64,000 bases of DNA from an uncultured Bacilli bacterium. GTDB lineage: Bacteria > Bacillota_I > Bacilli_A > RF39 > UBA660. Shown here piece after piece: positions 11,301-18,702 of this stretch. Numbering within the stretch: the stretch's first letter is position 1; each line of letters starts with the position of its first letter. Made by a program: the position numbers and the translations under genes. The notes below the pieces were generated by a model, which was given only the letters and a program-made list of their open reading frames with translations, had not been told where the DNA came from and did no database searches. The DNA lies in the NCBI GenBank assembly GCA_934101185.1, contig CAKOQD010000001.1, positions 25,681-89,680 of the forward strand. Reading direction: 5' to 3'.

Positions 11301-12064
11301 TTTAAATGAAGTTTAGTACTAACAACTTGTTTTATAGAATCTTTAGGAATCTTAATATATAAAGTACTAGCACTAGTATTAGTAACACTTCTAGTACCAC
11401 TAAGACTATCAGTTATAATAGCACCACTAATTGAAGTAGTTAAACTAGGAGTATAAGAACTAACTTTACCTTTCATACTAACACTTGCTTTATAAACAAA
11501 ATAATTTTCATAATCAGGTTGTTTAGTAGTACTCAAAGAAATAGTATTACCTTTATCGATTGGAGTATCCTTTTTACTACCACCACAATCACTCGATACA
11601 TAAGGCTCATCACAAGTAGTATTTAAACACTTATCCTTTGGAGCATGACATTTAGATTGAATATATCTTATTCTGTTATGCCTATTCTTTTCAGTAGTAC
11701 CTGTATACTTATAAAAAGCACAAGCTGGACCACCAGTAATAGTAGCATCATACATAATAGAGTTATTTACAGGAGCATTAAAACCCTTATTTAAACAATA
11801 AAGCCTATATCTAGTACTACCATCAACATAAGAAAGTTCAAAAATATTACCACCAGTACTAGAATCAGAAACATCTGTATTAGTACAATAATTAACCTTT
11901 TTAGCAGGCAATATCTTATTATTACTAGTCAAAGTCCAATCGTTTAACATATTACCATTATTTGAAGTATTACACCTAGCACCCTTAACTTGCTCAGTTG
12001 CATTAACATTAAATGGAATAAAACAAATACAAATCAAAAATATAAATAATAACTTCTTCTTCAT
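8348..12064 (-). CDS. sortase-anchored surface adhesin with Cys-rich N-terminal domain and 9 Cna-B/SpaA-type repeats
   Basis: Signal peptide and a roughly 330-aa Cys-rich head. Seven tandem repeats carry 'GA.FG(L/I)YSDSSC ... YY(I/V)KE.SAP.GY ... C', followed by 2 Cys-free repeats. The C-terminus is VPDVPKTG, a hydrophobic helix, then KRKNK. Confidence 0.85.
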   Translation of the reverse strand: MKKKLLFIFLICICFIPFNVNATEQVKGARCNTSNNGNMLNDWTLTSNNKILPAKKVNYCTNTDVSDSSTGGNIFELSYVDGSTRYRLYCLNKGFNAPVNNSIMYDATITGGPACAFYKYTGTTEKNRHNRIRYIQSKCHAPKDKCLNTTCDEPYVSSDCGGSKKDTPIDKGNTISLSTTKQPDYENYFVYKASVSMKGKVSSYTPSLTTSISGAIITDSLSGTRSVTNTSASTLYIKIPKDSIKQVVSTKLHLKSNQYTNSCTYKKYELIAYVPIKSESNKTRITNLQRVGFRNVIPKTVEKSASQSASSSITVIPKEAGKVELAIIKKSDDGKYLSGAGFGLYSDSSCSTRIDSATSEDGSLAFVVEPNKTYYVKETSAPDGYQSSNECRRVDVKENDVYETFTNTEIGVEPEYDTIDIEKVDKTDSSKTLAGAEFGLYSDSNCNDLVSDADGINKKTTGDSGVISFRVERGSSYYIKELSAPSGYSLNSVCMRASIGTKMVIENDSYKESTVKKVDKTTREGLSGAKIGLFSDSTCKTITTDVNGKDVLETGVDGTLTFVLESTKLYFVKEVVAPSGYENDIVSCRQIAPGGSVTFENEEQELLPQYDYINIKKVNKSDNSVPVEGAVFALYSDSNCTNLAFDRTGKYKSKSGKSGLSFFDVDKSKTYYVKEIEAPPTYQLDSTCRVGIIGGTITVENDVKEIEYADVSIKKVDKNDKSKVLSGAAFGIYSDSSCSNATEDAFGNSTKITDASGIATFNVDKSKTYYTKELNAPSGYTMDSSCKKLVADATITMENEKNKTYKKVDVKKVDKATNATLSGATFGIFLDKSCRIPYYDKNSVTNVTTSSDGIASFEVDDSQSYYIKEVSAPDGYTKDSDCHTATVGGSITISDTKEVTYGTIDILKVDSDDDSVVLPGVEFGLYSDNSCSVSVTDFVGNNKGKTDGYGSLSFVVDDSKTYYIKELSAPDGYTLNDKCLLADTTNVIVVSNKKIVADTGKIIVKKIDASDEKPIKGVKFELLKSDKVSRATDKDGNEIVVLTTDDNGKAEVSNLLFDTYYLKELETEDIYILNDELVEITLDKESVSKKVENLRRSVLFLKQDSVSKESITGGKYRVVDEEGNKVAEFAMEDGYYTLNMKSGNYKFIEVEPPKNYVDVNLSFNFNVDESGIVTITSNEDRHYSVYEGSGIYVVNDKEEIVPDVPKTGVFDNKMVIVIGTLLIVGGVSSILIIKRKNK

Positions 12065-12065
12065 A

Positions 12066-12617
12066 CTAATAAACCCCCTTTATAAAATCATTAAATCTAT
12101 TAGTAAAATCCTTTTTTTCAGAATCAGTCCAGTAATTATCCGGAGTATCTCCATCAATAGTAAGTGAAGTCTCACTATCATAATATATAACCTTTCCATT
12201 CTTTAAATACAATGTATATGGAACACGTAAAACCTCTTTACCATTATCATCTAAATGTAAAGTACCAGTAAGCAGTTTAATAAGGCTTTTATATTCATCA
12301 CTTGAAACAGAAACATCATTAATAGGTACATAATATAATTTCTTAACACTACTCTCCTTAGAAACAGAATCAAGTAACTTAGCATAACTACTACACCAAG
12401 AATTATCCTTATCACAAAAGAATACTACTCCAGTAAAATCAGACTCTAATACAGAGGATATATCAGTATAAACAAACTTATTATTAAAAGATACACCATA
12501 CTCTCTTTTAAACTTCATAGAATCACTAAACATAAATAATACAAATAAAATAATTAAAATAATTGCCACTATAATTATTATAAATAAAGTCTTCTTATCA
12601 TAGTTTTCTAGTCTCAT
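12066..12617 (-). CDS. membrane-anchored thioredoxin-fold-like protein with WCSSY (monothiol-type) motif
   Basis: N-terminal TM helix and 'VVFFCDKDNSWCSSYAKLL' in the position of a Trx WCxxC motif. It is a paralog of 14800-15348. Confidence 0.5.
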   Translation of the reverse strand: MRLENYDKKTLFIIIIVAIILIILFVLFMFSDSMKFKREYGVSFNNKFVYTDISSVLESDFTGVVFFCDKDNSWCSSYAKLLDSVSKESSVKKLYYVPINDVSVSSDEYKSLIKLLTGTLHLDDNGKEVLRVPYTLYLKNGKVIYYDSETSLTIDGDTPDNYWTDSEKKDFTNRFNDFIKGVY

Positions 12618-12667
12618 ACAAACACCTCTAGTATAAATATAACATTTTTTTACAAAAAAATAAAGAA

Positions 12668-12693
12668 AAAATCCCTAGATAACTAGAGATTTT
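12668..12693 (-). terminator. intrinsic terminator after the 695-aa adhesin gene
   Basis: 11-bp stem (AAAATCCCTAG / CTAGAGATTTT, one mismatch) with a 4-nt loop, followed by a T-run on the minus strand. Confidence 0.5.
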
Positions 12694-12696
12694 TAA

Positions 12697-14784
12697 CTAA
12701 CTATTTTTTCTTTTAATAATTATTATTGAAGAAGCACCACCAATAATCAATAATGCACCAAGTCCAATAATCATTCCATTAGTAAGTACACCAGTCTTAG
12801 GAACATCAGGTACTATCTCTTCTTTATTATTAACAATCATAATTCCACCATTATCATTTAAATAATAAAGCTTATTTTCTGCAGATGTTATAGTAGCAAT
12901 ACCATCATCTGATACTTTAAAATCAAAACTAACATTAGCATCAACATAACCTTTTGGAGGAGTAACTTCTATAAATGTGTATTTACCTTCAGCAAAAGCT
13001 TCACTATACACACCATCTTCCATAGTAAATTCAGCAACAGCATTACCTTCTTCATCTACTATTCTATATTTTCCACCACCAATTGCTTCTTTACTAACAC
13101 TATCTATTTTATAAAATGATAGTAATCTTTTCATATTGTTTACTGTAACAGTCTCAGAATCATCAGTTAAAACAATTTCAGTCAATTCATCACTTAACAT
13201 ATAAATATCTAATGTTTCAACTTCTTTTAAGTAATATGTTCCATAAGGAATATTTTCAACAGTAATCATACCTTCACTATTAGTAGTCAAAATTCCAAGA
13301 TCATTTTCTTCTATATCAGTAGCACTTGTAGTTTTATCTTCTTTTAACAATTGGAATTTTACTCCTTCAATTGGAGTACCATCAGTTATATCCAATTTCT
13401 TAACAATTATTTTTCCAACAAGTTCTTCTGGTTTTTTACTGTTTGAAACAGTAATTGTACCATCAGTAGTAGCTTTTTGACAAGTATTACTTAACACATA
13501 ACCATCTAAAGTACTAAGTTCTTTTATATAATATGTTGCATCTTCAGGAATAACAAATGAAGCATAACCATAACCAGAAGTAACACTTTCACTATCACCA
13601 TTAACATCAGCAACAGAAGTTTCACAACTTGAATCAGAATAAAGTCCAAATTTAACTCCCGCTAAAGTATCACCAGTATCAGCATCGATCTTTTTAATAT
13701 TTACTTCACTATTTCTAACATCAGGTTCATCTGGTATAATAGTAAAATCAATACTATCATTTTTTGTTTTATTTTCAACAGGTTTTACAGTTTTAACAAC
13801 CCTAAAGCCAATACGTTGAAATCCAACAACTCTCTCAGGTTCACCAGCAGAATTCTTTTTAGATGGATAATAATATACCATACCAAACTTATCATAAGTA
13901 CACGAAATACTATAAGTATCAGAAACAACATTTAAAGTAAGTGCAAGACTATCATCAACCGCAGAAACAGGAACTTTAACATAAAGAGTTGAACTACTAG
14001 TCGAAGTAACACTTGTATTTCCTGATAAAGTATCTGTTATAACAGCACCACTAACTGAAGTAGTAAGAGATGGAGTATATCCAGTTACCTTTCCACTCAT
14101 CTTAACACTTGCTTTATAAATATAAAAATTATCATCCTTAGAATATCTATCAATTCTAGTTATTTCTATACCATTACCAGCATCACTAGGTTTACTCTTT
14201 CTATCTCCAACACAATCATTAGATATAAATTTATCTGTACAAGGAGTAGCACTACAAGTATTACCATTTTCACCAGCACAAGCATATTGAATATATCTAA
14301 TTCTATTATGTCTAATTGTATCGCCAGTACCATTATATTTATAAAATGCGCATGATGGCCCCTTATCCATAATAACACCTGCTTGCCCAGTTTCAGAATC
14401 AACTTGATCATATTGTCTAGTTAAAGTTTGATCAGTCGGAGCATTAGCATTAAAGTTTAAGCAATAAGCTCTAATTTTTCCTTTTATTTTAGCATCGCTA
14501 GCACTATTATAATATAAAAGTTCATATATGTACTTTTCATCCTTGAACATATTTTCTCCATTAACTTTAGTATCATCGCCATTGTTACTATCATCTGTGG
14601 CATGGCAGTAATAAATATGGTTCTTTTCTAAAGTTTTTATATCCTTTATTGTCCAAGTATTAGTAACGTCAGAACCTCTAACCATTTTACAATCCTCATA
14701 AACAGAATCAGCAAAAACACTCATCGGTAATAACATAAACAAAGTTAAAACAAATAAGTACTTTAATTTAAATATTTTTTTCAT
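12697..14784 (-). CDS. sortase-anchored surface adhesin, short paralog of 8348-12064
   Basis: It has the same Cys-rich head (AFYKY.GT...RHNRIRYIQ, YKASV.M.GKV.GYTPSLTTS), one Cys-pair Cna-B-like repeat, 2 Cys-free repeats and a VPDVPKTG sorting signal. Confidence 0.85.
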   Translation of the reverse strand: MKKIFKLKYLFVLTLFMLLPMSVFADSVYEDCKMVRGSDVTNTWTIKDIKTLEKNHIYYCHATDDSNNGDDTKVNGENMFKDEKYIYELLYYNSASDAKIKGKIRAYCLNFNANAPTDQTLTRQYDQVDSETGQAGVIMDKGPSCAFYKYNGTGDTIRHNRIRYIQYACAGENGNTCSATPCTDKFISNDCVGDRKSKPSDAGNGIEITRIDRYSKDDNFYIYKASVKMSGKVTGYTPSLTTSVSGAVITDTLSGNTSVTSTSSSTLYVKVPVSAVDDSLALTLNVVSDTYSISCTYDKFGMVYYYPSKKNSAGEPERVVGFQRIGFRVVKTVKPVENKTKNDSIDFTIIPDEPDVRNSEVNIKKIDADTGDTLAGVKFGLYSDSSCETSVADVNGDSESVTSGYGYASFVIPEDATYYIKELSTLDGYVLSNTCQKATTDGTITVSNSKKPEELVGKIIVKKLDITDGTPIEGVKFQLLKEDKTTSATDIEENDLGILTTNSEGMITVENIPYGTYYLKEVETLDIYMLSDELTEIVLTDDSETVTVNNMKRLLSFYKIDSVSKEAIGGGKYRIVDEEGNAVAEFTMEDGVYSEAFAEGKYTFIEVTPPKGYVDANVSFDFKVSDDGIATITSAENKLYYLNDNGGIMIVNNKEEIVPDVPKTGVLTNGMIIGLGALLIIGGASSIIIIKRKNS

Positions 14785-14799
14785 ATCAATAAACCTCCC

Positions 14800-15348
14800 C
14801 TATTTAATATTTTCATAAAATTTCTTGAATTTAATATTAAAATCTCTAACTTCACTATCAGTCCAATATGTATTAACATCAGTATTTCCAACTACTAAAG
14901 ATGTTTCATTATCATGATTCATAATTACACCATCTTTGAAGAAAAACATATACGGTACAAGAAATTCATCATCACCATTCTTATCTTTATACAATCTGTT
15001 TTCCAATAAAGTAACAAGTTTATTATAACTATCACTCTTATTATCCATATCATTCTTAATATCAACATAATAAACCTTAGCACCATTATCTAAAGAAGCA
15101 TCATTAACTACTTTAGCATACTCCTTACACCAAGAATTATCACTATAACAAAAGAACACTATTCCACTTTTTTTATCATTTAACATATCAAATACATCAG
15201 ATAAACTACTATAAGAAAAATTATTAATTTTAGAAACATTATACTCTTTACTAAACTTAAATGAATCCTTAAAAGATATAAATCCTATTACTCCAAGTAA
15301 TAAAACTATTATTAAAACCAAAACTATTATTTTATTTTTCTTTTTCAT
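14800..15348 (-). CDS. membrane-anchored thioredoxin-fold-like protein with WCKEY motif
   Basis: TM helix plus 'IVFFCYSDNSWCKEYAKVV'. It is a paralog of 12066-12617 and lies immediately upstream of an adhesin gene. Confidence 0.5.
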   Translation of the reverse strand: MKKKNKIIVLVLIIVLLLGVIGFISFKDSFKFSKEYNVSKINNFSYSSLSDVFDMLNDKKSGIVFFCYSDNSWCKEYAKVVNDASLDNGAKVYYVDIKNDMDNKSDSYNKLVTLLENRLYKDKNGDDEFLVPYMFFFKDGVIMNHDNETSLVVGNTDVNTYWTDSEVRDFNIKFKKFYENIK

Positions 15349-15423
15349 AATAACCTCCTAAATTACAAAATTAATTAACTACATCAACAGAGCAAGACTG
15401 GACTTTGAAAAGACCCTATAAGC

Positions 15424-15945
15424 GACCTTTTATTTTTAACTGTGTCTAAGCCTATGATAAGACCTATCATCTACATTAATTGTAATATATTTCTTGCTTT
15501 TTTTCAATACTATTTACTCATTATTTTCAACCAAATATTTTGTTATTCTTTCTTCATGAATATTAACTAAATCTTTTAATATATTCTTCCAATTATTTGT
15601 TCCTTTATTCCATTTTTCTTCTAATTGTATCGTCCATAAATAAAGCACTCTCATTAAACTTTCTTTATTTTCAAACATTCCCTTTCCATTTGTTACTCTT
15701 CTTAATGCCGAATTCAATGATTCTATTGGATTTGTTGTATATATTATCTTTCTTACATTTTCTGGCACTTCAAATAATGAATAAATATGTTCTATTGAAA
15801 GTTCTACTTGTTTTAAAACTATTTTTTTATCTTTATACTTACTCATAAACTCTTTATACATTTCTTTTGCTTCTTCTAAATTATTTGATTGATATATCTT
15901 TTTTAATTAATTAACCACGTCAAACACAGATAAGTGGAAAGGGTC
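15424..15945. mobile_element. decayed IS256-family element (internal deletion derivative) bounded by imperfect terminal inverted repeats
   Basis: GACCTTTTATTTTTAACTGTGTCT (15424 onward, plus strand) matches GACCCTTTCCACTTATCTGTGTTT (15945 downward, minus strand). It matches the copy at 25111 downward (GACCCTTTTCACTTAACTGTGTCT) even better. Only the C-terminal third of a transposase lies between the repeats. Confidence 0.6.
15514..15906 (-). pseudogene. IS256 (Mutator-type) transposase, C-terminal fragment
   Basis: 'LKKIYQSNNLEEAKEMY...IYTTNPIESLNSALRRVTNGKGMFENKESLMRVLYL' matches the conserved C-terminal block of IS256-family transposases. The N-terminal and DDE regions are missing. Confidence 0.7.
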
Positions 15946-15948
15946 AGC

Positions 15949-18603
15949 CTAAGCACCAGCTCCAAGAAGGACTGCACGAGCAGAGTTGCTAGCGTTCGCG
16001 CCACCTTCGCCGCGGTAGAAGTTGAAGGCGCCGGCGTTAGCACCATCAAAGTAGTAACCGCCGCGCACAACCCAAGGGTAGTTAGAGAACACGAAGCTGG
16101 CGTTATCTTCATACCAGTTAGCTGTTCCACCTGTAGGAGCCATTTCTTTTGTTGCATCTCCTAATTTTCCTCTTGTATATTCTGTCCCACTTGTTCCGTA
16201 ACTATATTTGTCATAATACTTAGCAGTAGGGAATGCGTATGTTCCTGTTAATGATGTGCCATCATATAAAATTCCTGTAAATGCTGAATTATATGATGAT
16301 ACATGTCCACTCATTTGTTGTCCATTTGGATATACCATATTACCCATCATATATTCATATGCTCCACCACTCATGTCATATACTCCATATACATTTCCTG
16401 TAGTACTTGCACTTTGTCCTAATGCTGTTGTATATGAATTACATGTTGCACCATTTGATGTAGATCCTTCACTTTGTGGTCCACATCCTGTTGTATATGT
16501 ATTTGCACTATTTATTGCTACTTCTTTATTTATTCCATATTTACTATGTGACAAGTATACTACTGCTCCCCATTCTATATTCTTCATCATATGAGCTTCA
16601 TCAGTTGTTGCAAATCCATATTGGTTTCCTGATTCATTCATCTTTTGGATTCCATTAAAGAATGTTCCTACTTGTGCTCCTCTCCATGATGTTACATTGG
16701 GTAATATTCTCGGTCTTATTGTTTGTAAGTTACATCCTGAACCTACTGCTACATTTTTTGATACTGTACAACTAGTATCACTTGATACTTCAAACTTACC
16801 TACCCAGATTCCTGTTAATTCTTCATTTTTTTCTCTTACGTTGTTATCATTCTTATCCCACCAGAATGCTGGATGAGTATATGTAGAAGTTCCTGCTTTT
16901 AATCCTCCATTTATACTATCAGTACATGTTTCACTTGTACTACTAGTCCCTGTTACTGCATCAGTACACTTTATTGTACCAGTACTTGCTGTACTACTTT
17001 CAAACTTTATTTGTATTTCTTCTGGTGTATTTGTATTTAAATAAGTATAAGTATACCTTGGTACCCATACCCACATAGTATTAATACCATCCATTGGTAT
17101 CTCAGTACCAGCCTCTGCATTAAGTAAATCACTACGAGTACCAGCACTAACCATCTTATACTCATCAACCTTAGTAATAGTATTAGAAGCACTAACTATC
17201 TTATAAACACTAGTACAAGAAGTATCAGATCCATTAGGACACACATACTTACCAACTAAACTACTAGATATTGCACTACTAGTAGGACTAACCAAATCAT
17301 ACTTATTAGTACTAGTATTATAATTAATACCACTTCCAACTTTAGTACTATAAACAGTAGATGTTGTCTCACCACTTGCAGTCCAATTCTGACCAGATGT
17401 ACCACCAGCAGTAGCACTATCAGTATAAGTTACATGAGAATTACTAGGATAAGTAAAAGTATCCAAAACACCATTATCATTATTTTTATTGACACTACTA
17501 TCTTTTGCATACTTAACAGTAATTAAATAAACATCTCCAACTGCAGCAGTGTCTGAATAAGTATTACTATTGGTACCACTTATAGCATTAGCAACAGTAG
17601 TAGCACTACCACCATTCTTTGCAACTGTAACAGTCAATTTATCATAACTTGCCTCACTAGATACAGTAGCTTTAAATCCAAAAGTACCAGCAGTATTAAT
17701 ATTAACAGTTATTTTTGACATACTATTAGCACTATTAATATTATAACCACCACTTGTAAAAGAAGTATAAGTCTTATACTGATTAGAAGTACCAGAAATA
17801 GAAACCGTCTTATTACTTGTAACATCTTCCTTTTTAATATTCTCATCAACAGTCACAGCATTAGCCCACATCTTTTTATCATAATCATACCATTTATTAT
17901 TACTATCAATATTATTTACATCTGCTTTCTTCCATACATCCTTAGTGCTATCATAATAAACTGGTATCATATTACTAGATAATACTGGTTCATTTGCACC
18001 ACTATTATCTAAATTACCTACAATTTCACTAAAATACTGCTCAGCCTCAAGCTTCAACTTTAAAAATACTTGTTGTTCAGATATCTCATCTAAATTAGCA
18101 TCTTCACTAATCCATAATCTTAATTTATATGTGTCTTTTTTACCTGTTCTTAATTCTTTTTCATTTAATAAATCATCTAATTCTGACAATGTAAGTGGTC
18201 CAATTTCTTTACCATTTACCTCTAAACCTATCTTAATTAATCCTTTATCTAACAAAGTTCCAGTATAAGACGCTTTACTTGCCTCATCATCTATTAATAA
18301 AACTTTATACATTGCATTAGCACTACCAGTATTCTCTACCGTAAAACTATAAACATCTTCCTGAAGCAGTCCATCAACATCAGACATAGAACTAAGTCCT
18401 AAATCTATACCAGTTGATGGTTCAGTAAGAACAACTTCTAAACTACCAAGTTTAACTATTTGATTGTTTGAATCAGTAGTAGTCCCTGAAAATATCGCAT
18501 AAGACTGACCTACTAAAATAAGACAAAGCCCAATCAAACCTACACCAAATAATATAACTGATAATTTTGTTTTTCTATTCAAACTTAAAAATCTATCAAT
18601 CAT
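15949..18603 (-). CDS. secreted protein with TasA-type N-terminus, central beta-rich insert and C-terminal FGE-sulfatase/C-type-lectin-like domain carrying VR1 (DGR target-like)
   Basis: The FGE-like blocks are 'GIWVGKFEVS', 'HMMKNIEWGAVVYLSHS', 'GNVYGVYDMSGGAYEYMMGN' and 'PWVVRGG'. The N-terminus has a TM helix followed by 'GQSYAIFSG...LGSLEVVL'. The likely start is ATG at 18603 after GAGGAT; the track start at 18630 is a TTG. Confidence 0.8.
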   Translation of the reverse strand: MIDRFLSLNRKTKLSVILFGVGLIGLCLILVGQSYAIFSGTTTDSNNQIVKLGSLEVVLTEPSTGIDLGLSSMSDVDGLLQEDVYSFTVENTGSANAMYKVLLIDDEASKASYTGTLLDKGLIKIGLEVNGKEIGPLTLSELDDLLNEKELRTGKKDTYKLRLWISEDANLDEISEQQVFLKLKLEAEQYFSEIVGNLDNSGANEPVLSSNMIPVYYDSTKDVWKKADVNNIDSNNKWYDYDKKMWANAVTVDENIKKEDVTSNKTVSISGTSNQYKTYTSFTSGGYNINSANSMSKITVNINTAGTFGFKATVSSEASYDKLTVTVAKNGGSATTVANAISGTNSNTYSDTAAVGDVYLITVKYAKDSSVNKNNDNGVLDTFTYPSNSHVTYTDSATAGGTSGQNWTASGETTSTVYSTKVGSGINYNTSTNKYDLVSPTSSAISSSLVGKYVCPNGSDTSCTSVYKIVSASNTITKVDEYKMVSAGTRSDLLNAEAGTEIPMDGINTMWVWVPRYTYTYLNTNTPEEIQIKFESSTASTGTIKCTDAVTGTSSTSETCTDSINGGLKAGTSTYTHPAFWWDKNDNNVREKNEELTGIWVGKFEVSSDTSCTVSKNVAVGSGCNLQTIRPRILPNVTSWRGAQVGTFFNGIQKMNESGNQYGFATTDEAHMMKNIEWGAVVYLSHSKYGINKEVAINSANTYTTGCGPQSEGSTSNGATCNSYTTALGQSASTTGNVYGVYDMSGGAYEYMMGNMVYPNGQQMSGHVSSYNSAFTGILYDGTSLTGTYAFPTAKYYDKYSYGTSGTEYTRGKLGDATKEMAPTGGTANWYEDNASFVFSNYPWVVRGGYYFDGANAGAFNFYRGEGGANASNSARAVLLGAGA
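15952..16119 (-). other. DGR-type variable region VR1 (3' end of 15949-18603)
   Basis: The patch is about 55-60% G+C by eye. It encodes NWYEDNASFVFSNYPWVVRGGYYFDGANAGAFNFYRGEGGANASNSARAVLLGAGA. Its differences from VR3 follow an NNC-codon pattern (see findings). Confidence 0.7.
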
Positions 18604-18702
18604 AATATCATCCTCTATCGTTACAATCAATACTATTATCTAATATATATGATACCACATTTAATAATTCAAAACAAGAAAAAAAGACAAAGTATTAAAA
18701 CT

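Noticed and set aside
15903-16164. Long alternative-frame ORFs over the VR patches: 15903-16157 (-), 15934-16164 (+), 25073-25327 (-), 54315-54707 (+) and 54425-54700 (-).
   Set aside because: They exist only because the GC-rich VR sequence is poor in stop codons. They have no RBS, their sequences are Ala/Thr/Ser/Val-rich and featureless, and each lies entirely inside a well-supported gene's 3' end or UTR.
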